NCBI RefSeq assembly: GCF_009834535.1
Contig: NC_045697.1
Span: 118,050,001-118,114,000, forward strand
Direction of reading: 5' to 3'
DNA: 64,000 nucleotides
Source: Camelus ferus
Taxonomy: Eukaryota
Shown in pieces: positions 36,431 to 49,849 of this stretch (position 1 is its first letter; the number at the start of each line of letters is the position of its first letter). Both the position numbers and the translations under genes were made by a program. The notes beneath the pieces were generated by a model, which saw only the letters and a program-made list of their open reading frames with translations, did not search any database and was not told the DNA's origin.

Positions 36431-39177
36431 GATACTTTGCTGACCCCAGTATTCCAGTTTTTCTTTTTCTTTGATGACTTAGAAGTTGTTATACCTTTGG
36501 GGTTGCAATATCACAGCAGGTCAGATTTCAAGGCAGGCAAGTCAGGTGCTCTAAAACTGAATCCATCACCCTACCCTTCCCCCTGGGAAGTCTCTTGCCT
36601 ACAGAATTTTGTGCTTTCCAGCTATTGACTAAATGGACCATTTAATTTTCACAATTCCTCTTTTCCCTGTGCTTGTTAGTCACAGAGAAAATGATTTTCA
36701 AAATGGTAATTCTTCTGATGTTAAGAGGAAAATATACACCTGTTTTCAAGTGCAGTGATTTTAACACTTTTTGTTCCTTTTTTAGGGTTTAAAATAGATT
36801 AATGTCTTTCTCATATGAGGGAGTAGAAACACATTTTGCTTTAATGAAAAACCTGAAAATGATTAAGTTGCTTATAATGCATGTGGAGTTATTTTGCATT
36901 TTATATTTATGCAAGAATTTTTCATATTGTCTAGAGCTGTGTAGCTGTGTCCTTTGCTCCTGGTTCTCTGAACAATGTTTTTAGTCTCCACCTTATTTTA
37001 CTGGCCTGTATCTTCCCTTAAACTCCCACCTCTATTTACCGTTGATATAAAGACAGTAATAGTAACTATCCACCTTGCAGAAACCCTATGAACTGGCACT
37101 GATTTTTCTAAGTTCCTGAAGTACTGTATCGCTGTGGAAAGAGATTATATTTAAATAGGGCTTATTTTTCCAACTTGTGTCTTTTTCCAAAGTTCAACGT
37201 GATCAATGTGCCTTTTGAATCAGATCTCCAATAAATTTGTTGAAATATTAAGAAAAATTTGCACACTGACTGTGACTCAAAGGAGGAGAAAGTGTAGAAA
37301 GCTCATTGGCTTTTCTATGTGCACTGGTATAGAAACAACTGATGGCTATGAAGTGAGTGTGTAGAAGAAGAAATATAGAAAGTCAAATTCCAACTAACTC
37401 AGTGTACTGTGAATTTGACATTAAAATCTTCTCTTTTTATATGGCTTTTGCTTTAGCCCATCCTTCCCAATTCCCTAATGTAAAAGTCTGTGAATAAACA
37501 GAAAGCAAAGTAGATAATTTTTTAATTTATCTGACAATCATTCTCACTTCCTCTTGGGTTTATTGCTTTGCTGGGTAGAATAGAATAGATTTTATCAAAT
37601 ACATTTTTTTAAAGAATAAACTGGATTTGCAAATAAGCCTGCGAGTACTTTTACAGATGGTAGTTCTGTGAAGTTTAAAGTTAACTCTTTAGGATTTGTG
37701 GACATATGTTTATACATAGGAAACATGATAAATTTCGATAGAACTCCAATGGAAGGAAACAGAAGGCAACCACAGAGGTAGAAGTCAAGCAAAAGACACT
37801 GCACTGTTCTCAAGGTGGTTGTTCCAATGTGTTACAAGGCAGTGATGATATGTGGCCCTAATGTTAACTGCAAATACTCTCTAACAACCTATTGCCGTAT
37901 AAACATAAGGAAAATGGAATCAAGTTACAGCATCAAACTCTAGCAAGACAAAGAGAGAGAAATAGCCTAGTGAGAAGCCACTATTAGGGCAATAGGAAGA
38001 CATTTCTACTGAGGGATTTCCAGGCATTAAAGCCATTGCACAAATAAAGGTATAGATAAGAAGACTGAAGTTGGAAGTTATAACAGATGACAAATTTTGC
38101 ATATTTTACTGGTAACTATTCAATAATGACTGTTTTTCGCCTTCTTTGTCTCATTTTAACTAGCAGATGCATTTTCTTTCTGTCTCCACTAAGGGTAAAT
38201 GTTCATCACCGCGAGGAAGAATTTTCATGTTTGCTGTATTTTGAGCTCTGATTCCCACCAATGCCACTGTGAACCTGCAGTGACAAATCCTGAAGTGATG
38301 CCTTCGGTACCACGCCCTCTTGTTTTCCCACCAAGGGAAAATTCACTAGTGCTAATCACAGCAGAACCTCCAGGTGATCTTGGAAGTGTCTGAGTTAGAG
38401 TGGATGGACGGCAAATATGACTTGTTTGTGACAATTCCACTCACGCCTGCTCTCCAGGCAGGGTAAGTCACAGCCTTTCCTCTTGGGCTCAGTGGTACCC
38501 TAATTTGGGCAATAAATGGTATAACCATTCCTACCTACAGATGCAAAGAGGAACATTACCTGACCCAATAAAATTCAAAATGTTTAGAAATAATGCTTCC
38601 CTAGATTAAAGAATGTGACAATTAGTTGAGTGATTTAAAAAATACTGTTTTCTATTTTACTAGCATAGCCTCTCCAATAAATTGAATAATTCATTTACTT
38701 AAATGTGTGTTGATTTACTTACATACATACATAAACCCTAAGTAGTTATTCATCTCAGATCGTGAAACAGGCCACCACAGGTCATGCCTCAGGGACAGTG
38801 TGCTTTATCTTTCCATGGCAGCACTTGGAGTAAGCCAACTAGTGCCCTGGGTAGTGCCAGTCTGGTTTAGAATCCTGGTTTCAGGCTTAGCTTTTGGGAA
38901 ATTAACCGCCCTAAACCATAATTTCCCCACCTTTAAAGCAGAGTCGTTGGAAGGAATATGGACTGAAATTCACCTTTAAAGGTAAGGACTGCATCTGGTA
39001 CATTGCAAATTTATGATGGTGTCTGTCTTGTCATAAATCTTGCTTTATCCTCAGATTTGGTTCTAGTGGGAGTATCTCACATCCTCACTAAGAAATAGCT
39101 GAGTTGTTTTTGATGCTTGTTCCTCTTAATTCCCAAGGGGTGAGCTAAGTCTCAGAAGCCTTTCCAAGTCTATCTGC

Positions 39178-39290
39178 AGTATTTAGAAATAAAAATAAAG
39201 GATACCAGGTTAATTTTGAATTTCAGATTAAAAAACAAATATTTTTGGTATAAGTATGTTCTATATTTTTATCTGAATATTCTATCCTAA
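39178..39290 (+). mobile_element. MER53-like hAT MITE remnant
   Basis: ATTTAGAAATAAAAATAAAGGATACCAGGTTAATTTTGAATTTCAGAT...TATAAGTATGT follows the MER53 pattern as I recall it. Confidence 0.65.
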
Positions 39291-39650
39291 ATGCTACTCA
39301 GACATGCAACAGGAAATGTGCAATAGTTGTGTCCTCTGTGAAGACATGGGAGCAGGATAAGAGAAATAAAATTGGAAGAGCAAAGTTGTTTCTTTAATCT
39401 GATACGGTATTATATAAAGATAAATGATGCTTTCATTTAACTATTAGGATACAGCCACTCTAATATAATCGATTTGAAATAGCCAATACATTATGAAATA
39501 GAACACTGTATACCATTACTAAGGAAAAATAAGAAAAATGGAAAAGAAATAAAGGTTATTTTAACAATATGTTGATGGTCAAAGAATAAATCTGTTCCTT
39601 TAAATTATTATAAAAGCTCTAACTATGTAGATGGTCAAGACTTAAAGACA

Positions 39651-42600
39651 TTCTTCAAATATAAGAAGAGATAAAAAGTCTCCCAGATAAACAAAAACTG
39701 GGAGAGTTCATCAACTCTAGACCTGCCTTACAAGACATGGTAAAGAGAGTCCTTCAAGTTGAAATGAAAAGACAATAAACAGCAATATGAAAGTGTATAA
39801 AGGTGCAAAGCTCATGGTAAGGATAAATAAACAGACAAATACAGAATACTGCAATAGTGCAGCAATGGTGCATAAAACACAATTCTGGTATAAAAGTTAA
39901 AAGACAAAAGTAGAGAAATAACAGTGAAATATATTAATAAATATATAACAAAAAGGTGTGATTTGTGATACCTATAATATAGTGTGGAAGGGGGAAGTAA
40001 GAGTGTAGAGTTTAAGTATGCAATTAAAGTTAAGTTGTTACATCAGTTTAAAATAGATGGGTGTAACTACACTTTTTTTTTTTTTCTGTAAGTCCCATGG
40101 TAACCATAAAGAACATACTTATAGAAGATATACAAATGAAAGTTGGAAAGCAATCAAAGCATACCACTGTCAAAAACAAAAACAAAACACAAAGGAAGGT
40201 AGCAAGAGAGGAAAAGAGGGACTAAGGAGCTGTAAGATTGACAGAAAACAACAAAATGGCAGAAGCAAGTCCTTCACCATCAAAATCGACTTTAAGTGTA
40301 GAATTAAGCTCCCCAGTGAAAAAATGTAGAGTGACTGAATAAATTAAACAAAAAATAATAAAAACAAGATCCAGTTATATGCTGTCTACAAGGGACTCAC
40401 TTTAGATGTAAGGGCACACATGTGCTAAAAGTGAAAGGATGGGAAAAGATATAACATAGTAACCAAAAAAGAGGAGGGCTGGATACACTCATATCGGATT
40501 AACACACTTGAGTTAAAAAAATGGTGACAAGAGGCAAAGAAAGACATTGTATAGTGACAACAGTGTCAATTCACTAGGAAGATATAGTAACAATAAATAT
40601 AAATGCACCCAATATTAGAGCAGCTGAATATATGAAGCAAACATTGACCCAACTGAAAGGAAAAATAGACAGCCACATAATAATAGTAAATATCTCATTT
40701 TCAGCGATGAATAGAATATCCAGACAGAAAAGTTATACAAAAACAGGTAATGTCGACAATAACAGGCGTGCACAGAACATTCCACTCAACAGCAGCAGGT
40801 TAACATTGGTATCAAGTACACATGGAACACTCCCCAGGGTAAGTCCTGTTAGGTTACAAAATGAGTCTTAACAAACTTTAGAAGATTAAAGTCATGTCAA
40901 ATATTTCTTCCAGCCACAATGGAATGCAACTAGAAATCAATTGCAGAAGGAGCACTGAGAGAGCCACCGTTATGTGGAAATGGAACACTACACTCTTGGA
41001 CAATCAATGGGTCAAAGAAAAAGTCAAAGGGGAAATTAGAAAATATCTGGGTACAAATGAAAATGAAAACACAAAATACCAAAACTTACGGGATGCAGCA
41101 CAAGCAGTACTAACAGGGAAGTTTATAGCAGTAAAGGAAGTGTCCACATTAGAAAAGAAGAAAGTTCTCAAATAAGCAATCTAACTTTACTTGCCAAGGA
41201 ACTAGAATAAGAACAAAGTAAGCCCAAAGTTAGCAGAAGAAAGGAAATAATAAAGATTAAAGAAAAATAAACAAAATAAAGGATTTAAAAAAACAGAAAA
41301 AAACCAACAAAACTAGAGTCAGTTCTTGAAAAGATCGATAAAATTGAGAAAACTTCATCTAGAATAACAGGAAAATAATAAAGAATAAATGAAATTTAAA
41401 AATGAAAGAGGAGACATTACAACTGATGTCACAGAAATAAATATTATAAGAAAGTACTTTGAATAATTATATACCAACAAAATAGATAACCTGGAAGAAA
41501 TGGATAAATTTCTGGGAATATACTCACCAAGACTAAATCATAAAGAAAGAGAACATTTCAACAGAGCTGTATTTAATAAAGACATTCAATCAGTAACCAA
41601 AACATCCCCAAAAATAAAAGACTATGACTAGATGTTTTTGCTGGAGAATTCTACCAAACACTTAAAGAAAAATTAATACCAATTCTTTCCAAATTCTTCT
41701 AAAGATTGAAGAGAAATTTATTGAAGTTTATTTTATGAGGAAAAAATTACCCTTATACAAAAACCACCCAAAGACACTTTGGGGAAAGAAAACCTCAGGC
41801 CAATATCCCTTGTGAATATAGAAGCAAAATCTTCATCAAAATATTAGGAAACTGAATTCAGGAGCACAGTAAAAGGATTATAAAAAATGATCAGCTGTAA
41901 TTTCACCCTGTAGGGCAAGAATGGTTCAGCATATAAAAATCATCAATGATATATACCATATTACCAGGAGAAGAAGGATAAAAATCACATGATCATCTCA
42001 AGCAACATAGAAAAACCATTTGACAAAATGTAACACCCATGTATTGTAAAAAAAAAAAAATACACAAACTAGAAATAGATGGAAATTACCTCAACATAAT
42101 AAAGGTCCTATGTGAAAAGTACACAGCTGGCAACATATTCAACAGGGAAAACCTTAAAAGCTTTTCCTTCAAGATCAGGAACAAGGCAAGGACACCCACT
42201 CTTACCACTTCTATTCAGCAGAGTATTGAAGTCCTAGTGGGAGCAATTAGGCAAGAAAAATAAATAAAAGAAGTAAATGGTTTCTACAGCAGAGAAGAAG
42301 ATATAAAATTATCTGTTTTCAGATGACATGATCTTTTATGTAGAAAACCCTAAAGCTTCCATAAAAACTGGTTAGAACTGATAAATGAATTCAACAAAGT
42401 TGCTGGACAAAGAGCCAATGTATAAAAACCAATTGCATATCTATATATTAACAACAAACAATCTGAAAAGGATGTTTTTAAAAATCCCATTTACAATAGC
42501 ATTTAACAAATACACAGGAGTAAACTTAACCAAGGAGGTGGAAGACTTGTATAATGAAAACTGCAAAATATTACTGAGAACAATGAAAGGAAACACAACT

Positions 42601-44204
42601 AAATGGAAAGACATTTTGTGTTCATGGATTAGAAAACTTAATATTACAAAAAATGTCCATGCTACACAAAACAATATACAGATACAATGCAATCCTTATT
42701 AAAATTCCAGTGGCATTTTTTTACAGATATAGAAAAAACAATTCTCAAATTCATATGAAAGCATAAATGGCCCCAAATAGCTAAAACAATTTTTTGAAAG
42801 ATGAACAAAGCTGGAAGCCATACATTTCCCAACATCAAAACATATTACAGAGCTAAAGTAATCAAAATAGTATGCTCCTGGGTTAAAGACAGACATACAG
42901 ACCAATGGTACAGACTAAAGAGCCTGGGGGGAGGGGGGACATGCATATACAATCAAATGATGTGCAACAAAATGCCAAAAATGGAAAGGATAGTCTCTTC
43001 AACAATTGGTGTTGGAAAAACTGGACATCCACATGCAAAAGAATGAAATTAGATTCTTATCTTACACCATACACAGAAATCAATTCAAAATGGATTAAAG
43101 ACTTAAATGTTAAGACTTAAAACTAAACTTCCTTGAATAAAACAGGGGAAAATTTTCATGACCTTGGTCTTGATAATGATTTCTCGGATCTGATACCAAA
43201 AGTACAGGCAACTAAATCAAAGATAGCAAGTGGGACCATAAATTAAAAACCTTCTATACAGCAAGGAAAACAATCCATGAAGTGAAAAGGCAATCTATGG
43301 AATGGGAGAAGATATTTACAAACCATATATCTGATAAGGGGTTAATATCCAAATACGCAAGGAGTTCCTATAACTCAATCATTTAAAAAAATCTCGAATA
43401 ACCCAATTAAAAAATGAACAAAAGTCTTGAATAGACATTTCTCCAAAGAAGACACATAAATAGCCAGTAGATTTATGAAAAGATGCTCAACGTCGCTAAA
43501 CATCAGGGAAATACAAATCAAAGCCACAATGAGACCTCACCTCACACCTGTTAGGATGGCCATTATAAAAAACAAAAACAAAAACACAAAAAATCCAAAA
43601 TAACCAGTGTTGACAAGAAGTTGGAGAAATTGGAATCCTTGTACCCTGTTGACTGCTATACAAAAAAATATCATTTTCCTCCAAAACTAAAAATACAGCT
43701 ACTATATAATCCAGAAATCCCACTTCTGCATGTTTATCCAAAAGAATAGAAAACAGGGTCTCAAAGAGATATTTTCCCTTCTGTGTTTACTGGAACAGTA
43801 TGCATTTGGTCATGAGGTAGAAACAACCTAAATGACAGATGAATGGATAACATGGTATAGACATGCAATGGAATAATACTCATCCTTGAAAAAGAAGGAA
43901 ATCTTATATGAATGAACCTTGAGGACATTAAATAAAACAAGCCTATCACAGAAGGACAAATACCCCTGATTCCACTTATATGGCCTATATAAAGTAGTCA
44001 CACTCAGAAGTAGATGGTAGGGTGGTGGTTGCCAGGGCTAGGGGCAAGGAGTTGCTCTTCAACGGATATAAATTCTCAGTCATGTGAGATGGAAAATTTC
44101 TAGAAAAATCTACACAGCATGGCACCTGTAGTTCACAATACTCTACATTTTAAAATTTGTAAAGAGAGTAGATCTCTTGTTATGTTTTTCATGATAAAAA
44201 AAAT
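39651..44204 (+). mobile_element. Old ~4.55-kb L1 (L1MA/L1MB-like): ORF1 C-terminus, long spacer, full-span but disrupted ORF2, 3'UTR
   Basis: ORF1 end PDKQKLGEFINSRPALQDM at about 39680-39740; ORF2 start ATGGCAGAAGCAAGTCC at about 40256; RT motif FSDDMIFYVENPK at about 42316-42354; many stops and frameshifts; degenerate 14-bp TSD AAGACTTAAAGACA (39637-39650) / AAGAATTAAGGACA (44205-44218). Confidence 0.96.
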
Positions 44205-44246
44205 AAGAATTAAGGACAGTAAGTGATAAAGGTTAGTGTCCTTTTC

Positions 44247-45161
44247 TTTTTTTCAAGATTTTTTTAATTGAGTTATAGTCATTTTACAATGTTGTGTCAA
44301 ATTCCAGTTTAGAGCACAATCTTTCAGTTATACATGAACATACATATATTCATTGTCACATTCTCTTTTGCTGTGAGCCACCACAAGATCCTATATATAT
44401 TTCTCTGTGCTATACAGTACAATCTTGTTTATCTATTCTACATTTTGAACTCCCAGTCTGTCCCTTCCCACCCCCTATCCCCCTGACAACCACAAGTTTG
44501 TACTCTATGTCTATGAGTCTGTTTCTGTTTTGTATTTATGTTTTTTTTTTTTTTTAGATTCCTCATATGAGCAATCTCATATGGTATTTTTCTTTCTCTT
44601 TTGGCTTACTTCACTTAGAATGACATTCTCCAGGAGCATCCATGTTGCTGCAAATGGCGTTATGTTGTTGGTTTTTATGGCTGAATAGTATTCCATTGTA
44701 TAAATATACCACTTCTTCTTTATCCAGTCATCTGTTGATGGACATTTAGGCTGTTTCCATGTCTTGGCTATTGTAAATAGTGCTGCTATGAACATTGGGG
44801 TGCAGGTATCCTTTTGAAGTAGGGGTCCTTCTGGATGTATGCCCAGGAGTGGGATTCCTGGGTTATATGGTAAGTCTATTCCTAGTCTTTTGAGGAATCT
44901 CCCTACTGTTTTCCACAGTGGCTGCACCAAACTGCATTCCCACCAGCAGTGTAGGAGGGTTCCCTTTTCTCCACAGCCTCTCCAGCATTTGTCACTTGTG
45001 GACTTTTGAAGGATGGCCATTCTGACTGGTGTGAGGTGATGACTTCATCATAGTTTTGATTTGCATTTCTCTGATAATTAGTGATACTGAGCATTTTTTC
45101 ATGTGCCTATTGATCATTTGTATGTCTTCCTTGGAGAATTGCTTGTTTAGGTCTTCTGCCC
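44247..45161 (-). mobile_element. Young 5'-truncated L1 (ORF2 C-terminus largely open plus 3'UTR)
   Basis: ORF 44577-45020 is L1 ORF2 C-terminus ([19 protein letters not shown]...[12 protein letters not shown]); perfect 16-bp TSD GGTTAGTGTCCTTTTC at 44231-44246 and 45162-45177. Confidence 0.97.
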
Positions 45162-46269
45162 GGTTAGTGTCCTTTTCATATTTGATTCTGACTTCTCTTT
45201 TCCAGGCAAACAAAATTTTCCTTTTAGGACTCAACGTGTCTCCCACCTGATGCTGGCTGATTGAGTCTAAATGCCACTCTGTGAATGTTTACTCTTGGAT
45301 AATCAGCGATGTGTAACTGCACTGCATGTGACAATATAAAATGATTTTCCTGCTGCTATAAACCCATTAGTCACACTCTAGGGCTTCAGTTACTCTTAGT
45401 ATTGAATTAACACAGCTATAAAAATGACAAAGTTAAGATTGTCCGATCATCTTAAGATGGAAGTAAATTCATGATGAGCCAAACATCAGTTGGACTTCTA
45501 TGGGTTTCATATTCTGGTGACATCATATGATAATAATGGGTGTTTTATTCTCTAGTTTAACTTTAATCAGGCTTGCAACTTGGGTGGTAAAAATGAGCAC
45601 AAATAGATACCCACTGTTTCATCTAAGTTGTCCTAATGGAACATTTAAGAACAATTCATCTTGTTTAGAAGATAATAAGGCAGCATGGAAATGTGTACCA
45701 GCTTGATTCAGCCTTAACTTTAAAAATGAAAATCCTAGTAAGTCAGCAATTTAATGTTCTTCCCTAGGGAAACAGGCGACCCATATTCCCTCACATTCCG
45801 AAGACGATGAGGAGGACAATCTCACTAGCTGACAACGGTAATCATCTTTGTCTCCAGGAATCACCTCTTGGATGAGAAGATGGTTCTCTGTAGGGCAAAC
45901 ACAAAATATTTTTGAAGAAAGGAAAGGAGTATGAACATTGATACTATTATTTCTTTCTAAAAATAGACCTTGAGTTTATACATAGTTATTCTTAGAATAG
46001 ACCTAGCAACTCATGAATAGATTTCCTTTTTTGTAATCTTACAAGAGGGGTAGGAAGGGGAAGGAGGGGTGGATAGAAGTGGAATGAAATCTTTTAATAC
46101 AAAATTGAAATCAAGGCAAGTTACTTCGGTCGACAAATATAACACAAAAGACTATTGCTATTTTGAACTGCGTGATGGAGCATTAATGAGGTGATTAGCA
46201 AAACAAACACAACAAAATTAGACTCCCAGGGAGTGCTCAGCCGTTGGGGAAAATGGCAACCCAGTGAGA

Positions 46270-46442
46270 AAAGGAGACTAGGTCTGAGTTCAAACGCTTC
46301 CCTGCACGAGCTGTGTGACCTTCAATGTATGACTTAACTTTTCTAAATCTGAGTTTCTTTTCATCCACAAAATCGCAAAATAATTGTATAGACTCATTAG
46401 GTTACTGTGATCATGAAATGAGATTATGCATTTAAAGCACAG
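46270..46442 (+). mobile_element. MIR SINE remnant
   Basis: CTGAGTTCAAAC...AGCTGTGTGACCTT...ACTTAACTTTTCTAAATCTGAGTTTCTTTTCATCCACAAAAT. Confidence 0.75.
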
Positions 46443-47171
46443 ATGAGAGCTGCGATAAACCCACGCTCTCATGGTATGAGTACATTCATGGTATCCTAGG
46501 GCTCAAAGTAAAAAATGGCAATTGATATGAATACTTGCCTTTCCTGTCCACAGTCTAATTAGTTATATCAATGAGATTATTTATGTATCTACTCCCTCTA
46601 CAAGATTAGGTATTTACTATTGCAATTTTGTAAAAGTTAAATAAGTTTTTAAATACAATGGCGGAGACTGTGGGAAGAGTGGGGTAGTCAAACCTTCAGA
46701 TACAATGCTCTTGTGAACACGTAGGCACCTGAATCCAGAACACAGCGAGGGCAATGCTTATTCCTCAGGGAATCTCTAGGCTGCAGCATTTGGACAAAGG
46801 CGGCATGAGAAAGAACTTTCCTCTTCTCAGAGAAGCCATTCTGCCTCTTCTTTCTTTGGATTCACACTGACACTCCCTGAAACACGGCAGGTCCTCCTCG
46901 AGACCCAGTCCATTTTCCTGACCATAGACCAAAGCAGACAAGCCTGGAGGTGGGTTAGACCTGCAGGTTAGCTACGCTGCCCTCCCTCCTCCTCCTCTCT
47001 GGGCTGCTTCTCCTATTGGAAGCAAACTCACACGCAGAAATGCTACTTTGCTTCCTGTTTCACAAACAAACAATTCTAAATTCTTCAGATTTGTCTATTT
47101 CTCATCTGTCCTACACCAGGATGTATCAACCCCCTTCCTGCTTTCTATAGAAATAAATCCCTGTGAGATAC

Positions 47172-47830
47172 TCCATTCAATGAAAAGACATTTAATGAGT
47201 GCCTGCCTTGAGTCCACACTTTGCATGAGATGATGCGGATGACAGTGGTAGGACCCTAACTGTGGTCCAGGCAATAAGACTTTACAGCATCGTGGGAGAG
47301 TGATTACAGCCAATGGAATAATGGAAAATATGAGGTCTATGGGGTCACAGAGGAGCGGAGCCCCAGCTAAACTTAGGAATAAATAGGCGTCACTGAAATA
47401 TTCAGGGAGCAGTTTCTGAGCCAGTGTTTGGAGAATGGGCCACGTGGCGGGTGTGTGCTTTAGGACACTGGTGTCTGTGGTAGAGACATTACCAAGCCCA
47501 GGACGTAGCGAGCGTGGAGTCCCAGAGGGAGAGGGCTTGGTGTGCTGAGCGAACCAGAGGTACTAGTACAGCTGGAGCAGAGGTGGGCAGAGGGGAAGGG
47601 CAAATACAGACATCAGACTGCCCAAGACAAGAGTCCGACCACAGGGGGCCTGGCGCACCCATCAGAGGATTGAGATTTCCTCTTGCAGACAAGAGGGATG
47701 TGCTTTGTGAGACTCGTGCTGGAGCAAAATGATCAGGCTTGTGTTTTAGAACCTTCTGGCAGCAGACTGAAAAAAGGCGCTGTCATGGATGCCACAAGGA
47801 GGGTGCAAAGTGGGGAAGGAAGGATGCAAC
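47172..47830 (-). mobile_element. Degraded L2 remnant
   Basis: CATTCAATGAAAAGACATTTAATGAGTGCCTGC start followed by purine-rich antisense L2-like sequence; boundaries approximate. Confidence 0.5.
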
Positions 47831-49180
47831 TGAGGCAGGAAGGATGAGCAAGGGGGAGATAACGGTCATTCAGCGAAAATAGTGCCCAGAGCCAGGGCAG
47901 GGCCTGGGCCATGGGGGGAATAGGCCCCTTGTGAGGGAGGGAAAGAGCCCACTGGAACTGGGAATTACTGGGTCTGGTCGACTGGGAAAGAGGGACCTTA
48001 CTTTCTAGCATGAGATGGACATATCACAGAGCTTTATGGGGAGAAAGTTTCTTAGCATTCAATCCCTACTTTTCTTATTCTGAAAAGTTTGTCAACACGG
48101 GCAGATGTCTTTGAAAGTTCAAGTTTGTCTTGACGTTTTTGCTTTAGCTCAGTTACAGCCCCTAAATGTTTACTGAGTACTTACCCAGAAGGTAGGTAAA
48201 GGCAGGATAGCTGAGATCCTTTTTGAGGGAAACAGTGACACGTAAGTCAGTGTGATGAGAGCCACAGGTGAGACGTGTGTGGAATCAGAGATGGGCACGT
48301 GAAGGTGTCTGGAGGACAGCTGGCCCCAGCATCTCAAGCAACTACCACTTAACTGTTAGGCACATCACCTGGAACAGAACTTGGACTTGCCCCCCCACTC
48401 CGTCGCCATCTCTCCACCAGCAGCTCCGCGTGTTCTGTTCTTGCTTCTTTCTGTGCATCTGAGCTGCTGTCCTCTCATCTTCAAATCAGCTTTTTCTCCT
48501 TTCTGCTTCTTCAGAAATTTGCCTTCTCATAGCCCAGCCATGTCCTTCTCACCTTCTTCCGACAGGATGGGCCAGTTGAGCTAAAGAAGCTTTGCTACTG
48601 GCCTCACCTCTCCATATTTCTTATGTTTCAAATTGTCAACAAGAATCTGATGGCCTCACCAAAAACTCTGCCCATGGGGAACGTCAAAGATCCTTGCAGA
48701 CTCTATGCTTTTGCTGCCCTTGGGTCTTCCGCCCACTTCTAGTCTAATTATATGACTGGGTTAAAAAAGCCCATTATGGCCATGTGGTCCAGAACTTAAT
48801 GGCAGAGTACTTGGAACTGTTTGTGGGAGATGGAGATGGGGTTGTGTGAGCAGCAGGCTTCCTCGGGGCTGCTTCATTCAGTGTCTGACATGGAGAATTG
48901 CAGCATCGACTTGGTACGCCCGAAGTAAAGGGTGCATGAGTTGGGTATCTGTGGAGGAGAGGAAGTTGGCAGAGTGAAAAGTGTCTTCTGAGTAGAGTGG
49001 CTGACATCTGGGTTCATTCTTGAACCAAAAGAAAGAAGCAGAGTGGGGAAGAAAGGATGCAGTCTTGTGAGTGGCCATTTCAATTGCAGAGACATGAGAA
49101 GCCAGGCACCGTCAAAGAAACATCCAATCAGAATAGCTGCTGGGCTTTCGTTTCCATTAGGTGAGAAAGTGTGAATGGTT

Positions 49181-49696
49181 TGAGACAGGAGGGAAGGGGG
49201 CAGGGCACAATCATTAAAAGAATGACACAGCCATTAGTGCAATATGGCAGAAGGTTCAACTCCCAGTGGACCTTGAACTTCAGTATCCACTCACTGAAAG
49301 ACAAGAGCTGCTAAATGGTCCTCCCACAGGTGCCAGGACAGCTCTAAGGGTGACCATCAAAGGTCAAAAAGTGGGTGATGGCTCAGTTCCTGGGCATCCC
49401 AGCCCCTTCCCCAAAGTAGTTGGAATAACCCTCCCACTTGTCAGCATATGAAGTCACCCAGCCCATAAAACTAACAGCCCCACACCTTGTGGCCTTTCTC
49501 TTGCCTTCTGAGATGGCCCGCACTCTGTCTATGAAGTGTGCATCTCTCTGAATAAATCTACTTTTACTCCATGTGGCTCGCTCTTGAATTCTTTCCTGCA
49601 TGTAGTCAAGGACCTTCACTTGACGCGGCACGTCCCAGGGACTCGCGGTCCCCTGGGACATGGCCATCCTCTCCTGCCCCATTTTCTCCTGCATCA
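49181..49696 (+). mobile_element. ERV1 solo LTR, MER41-like, 516 bp
   Basis: TG...CA termini with imperfect inverted repeats (TGAGACAGGAG / CTCCTGCATCA); 4-bp TSD GGTT at 49177-49180 and 49697-49700; AATAAA at 49551; motif order GACCAT..GGTCAAAAAG..CTCAGTTCC..GAATAA..AGCATAT..CCATAAAA..CTCTGTCTATG..AATAAA..TGAATTCTTTC matches MER41 as I recall it. Confidence 0.92.
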
Positions 49697-49849
49697 GGTT
49701 GACTGGGGCAGTGTTTTCCAAACAGAAATCTGCGACCCTGCAGGGAGGGGATGCATTGCTGCAATGGAACCGCAGAGACCAGTTAAGTTAGAACCTCCTT
49801 TTGTGTTCACGTGAAGAGAAAACAGAAGACAGAGCATTTTCCTACTGTT

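Noticed and set aside
39651..44204. Active reverse transcriptase/endonuclease gene
   Set aside because: L1 ORF2 is broken by many stops and frameshifts, and the 5'UTR and most of ORF1 are missing.
45768..45840. Exon-like segment CCCTAG|GGAAAC...AACG|GTAATC
   Set aside because: Two of three frames stop and the third is unrecognised; within chance expectation.
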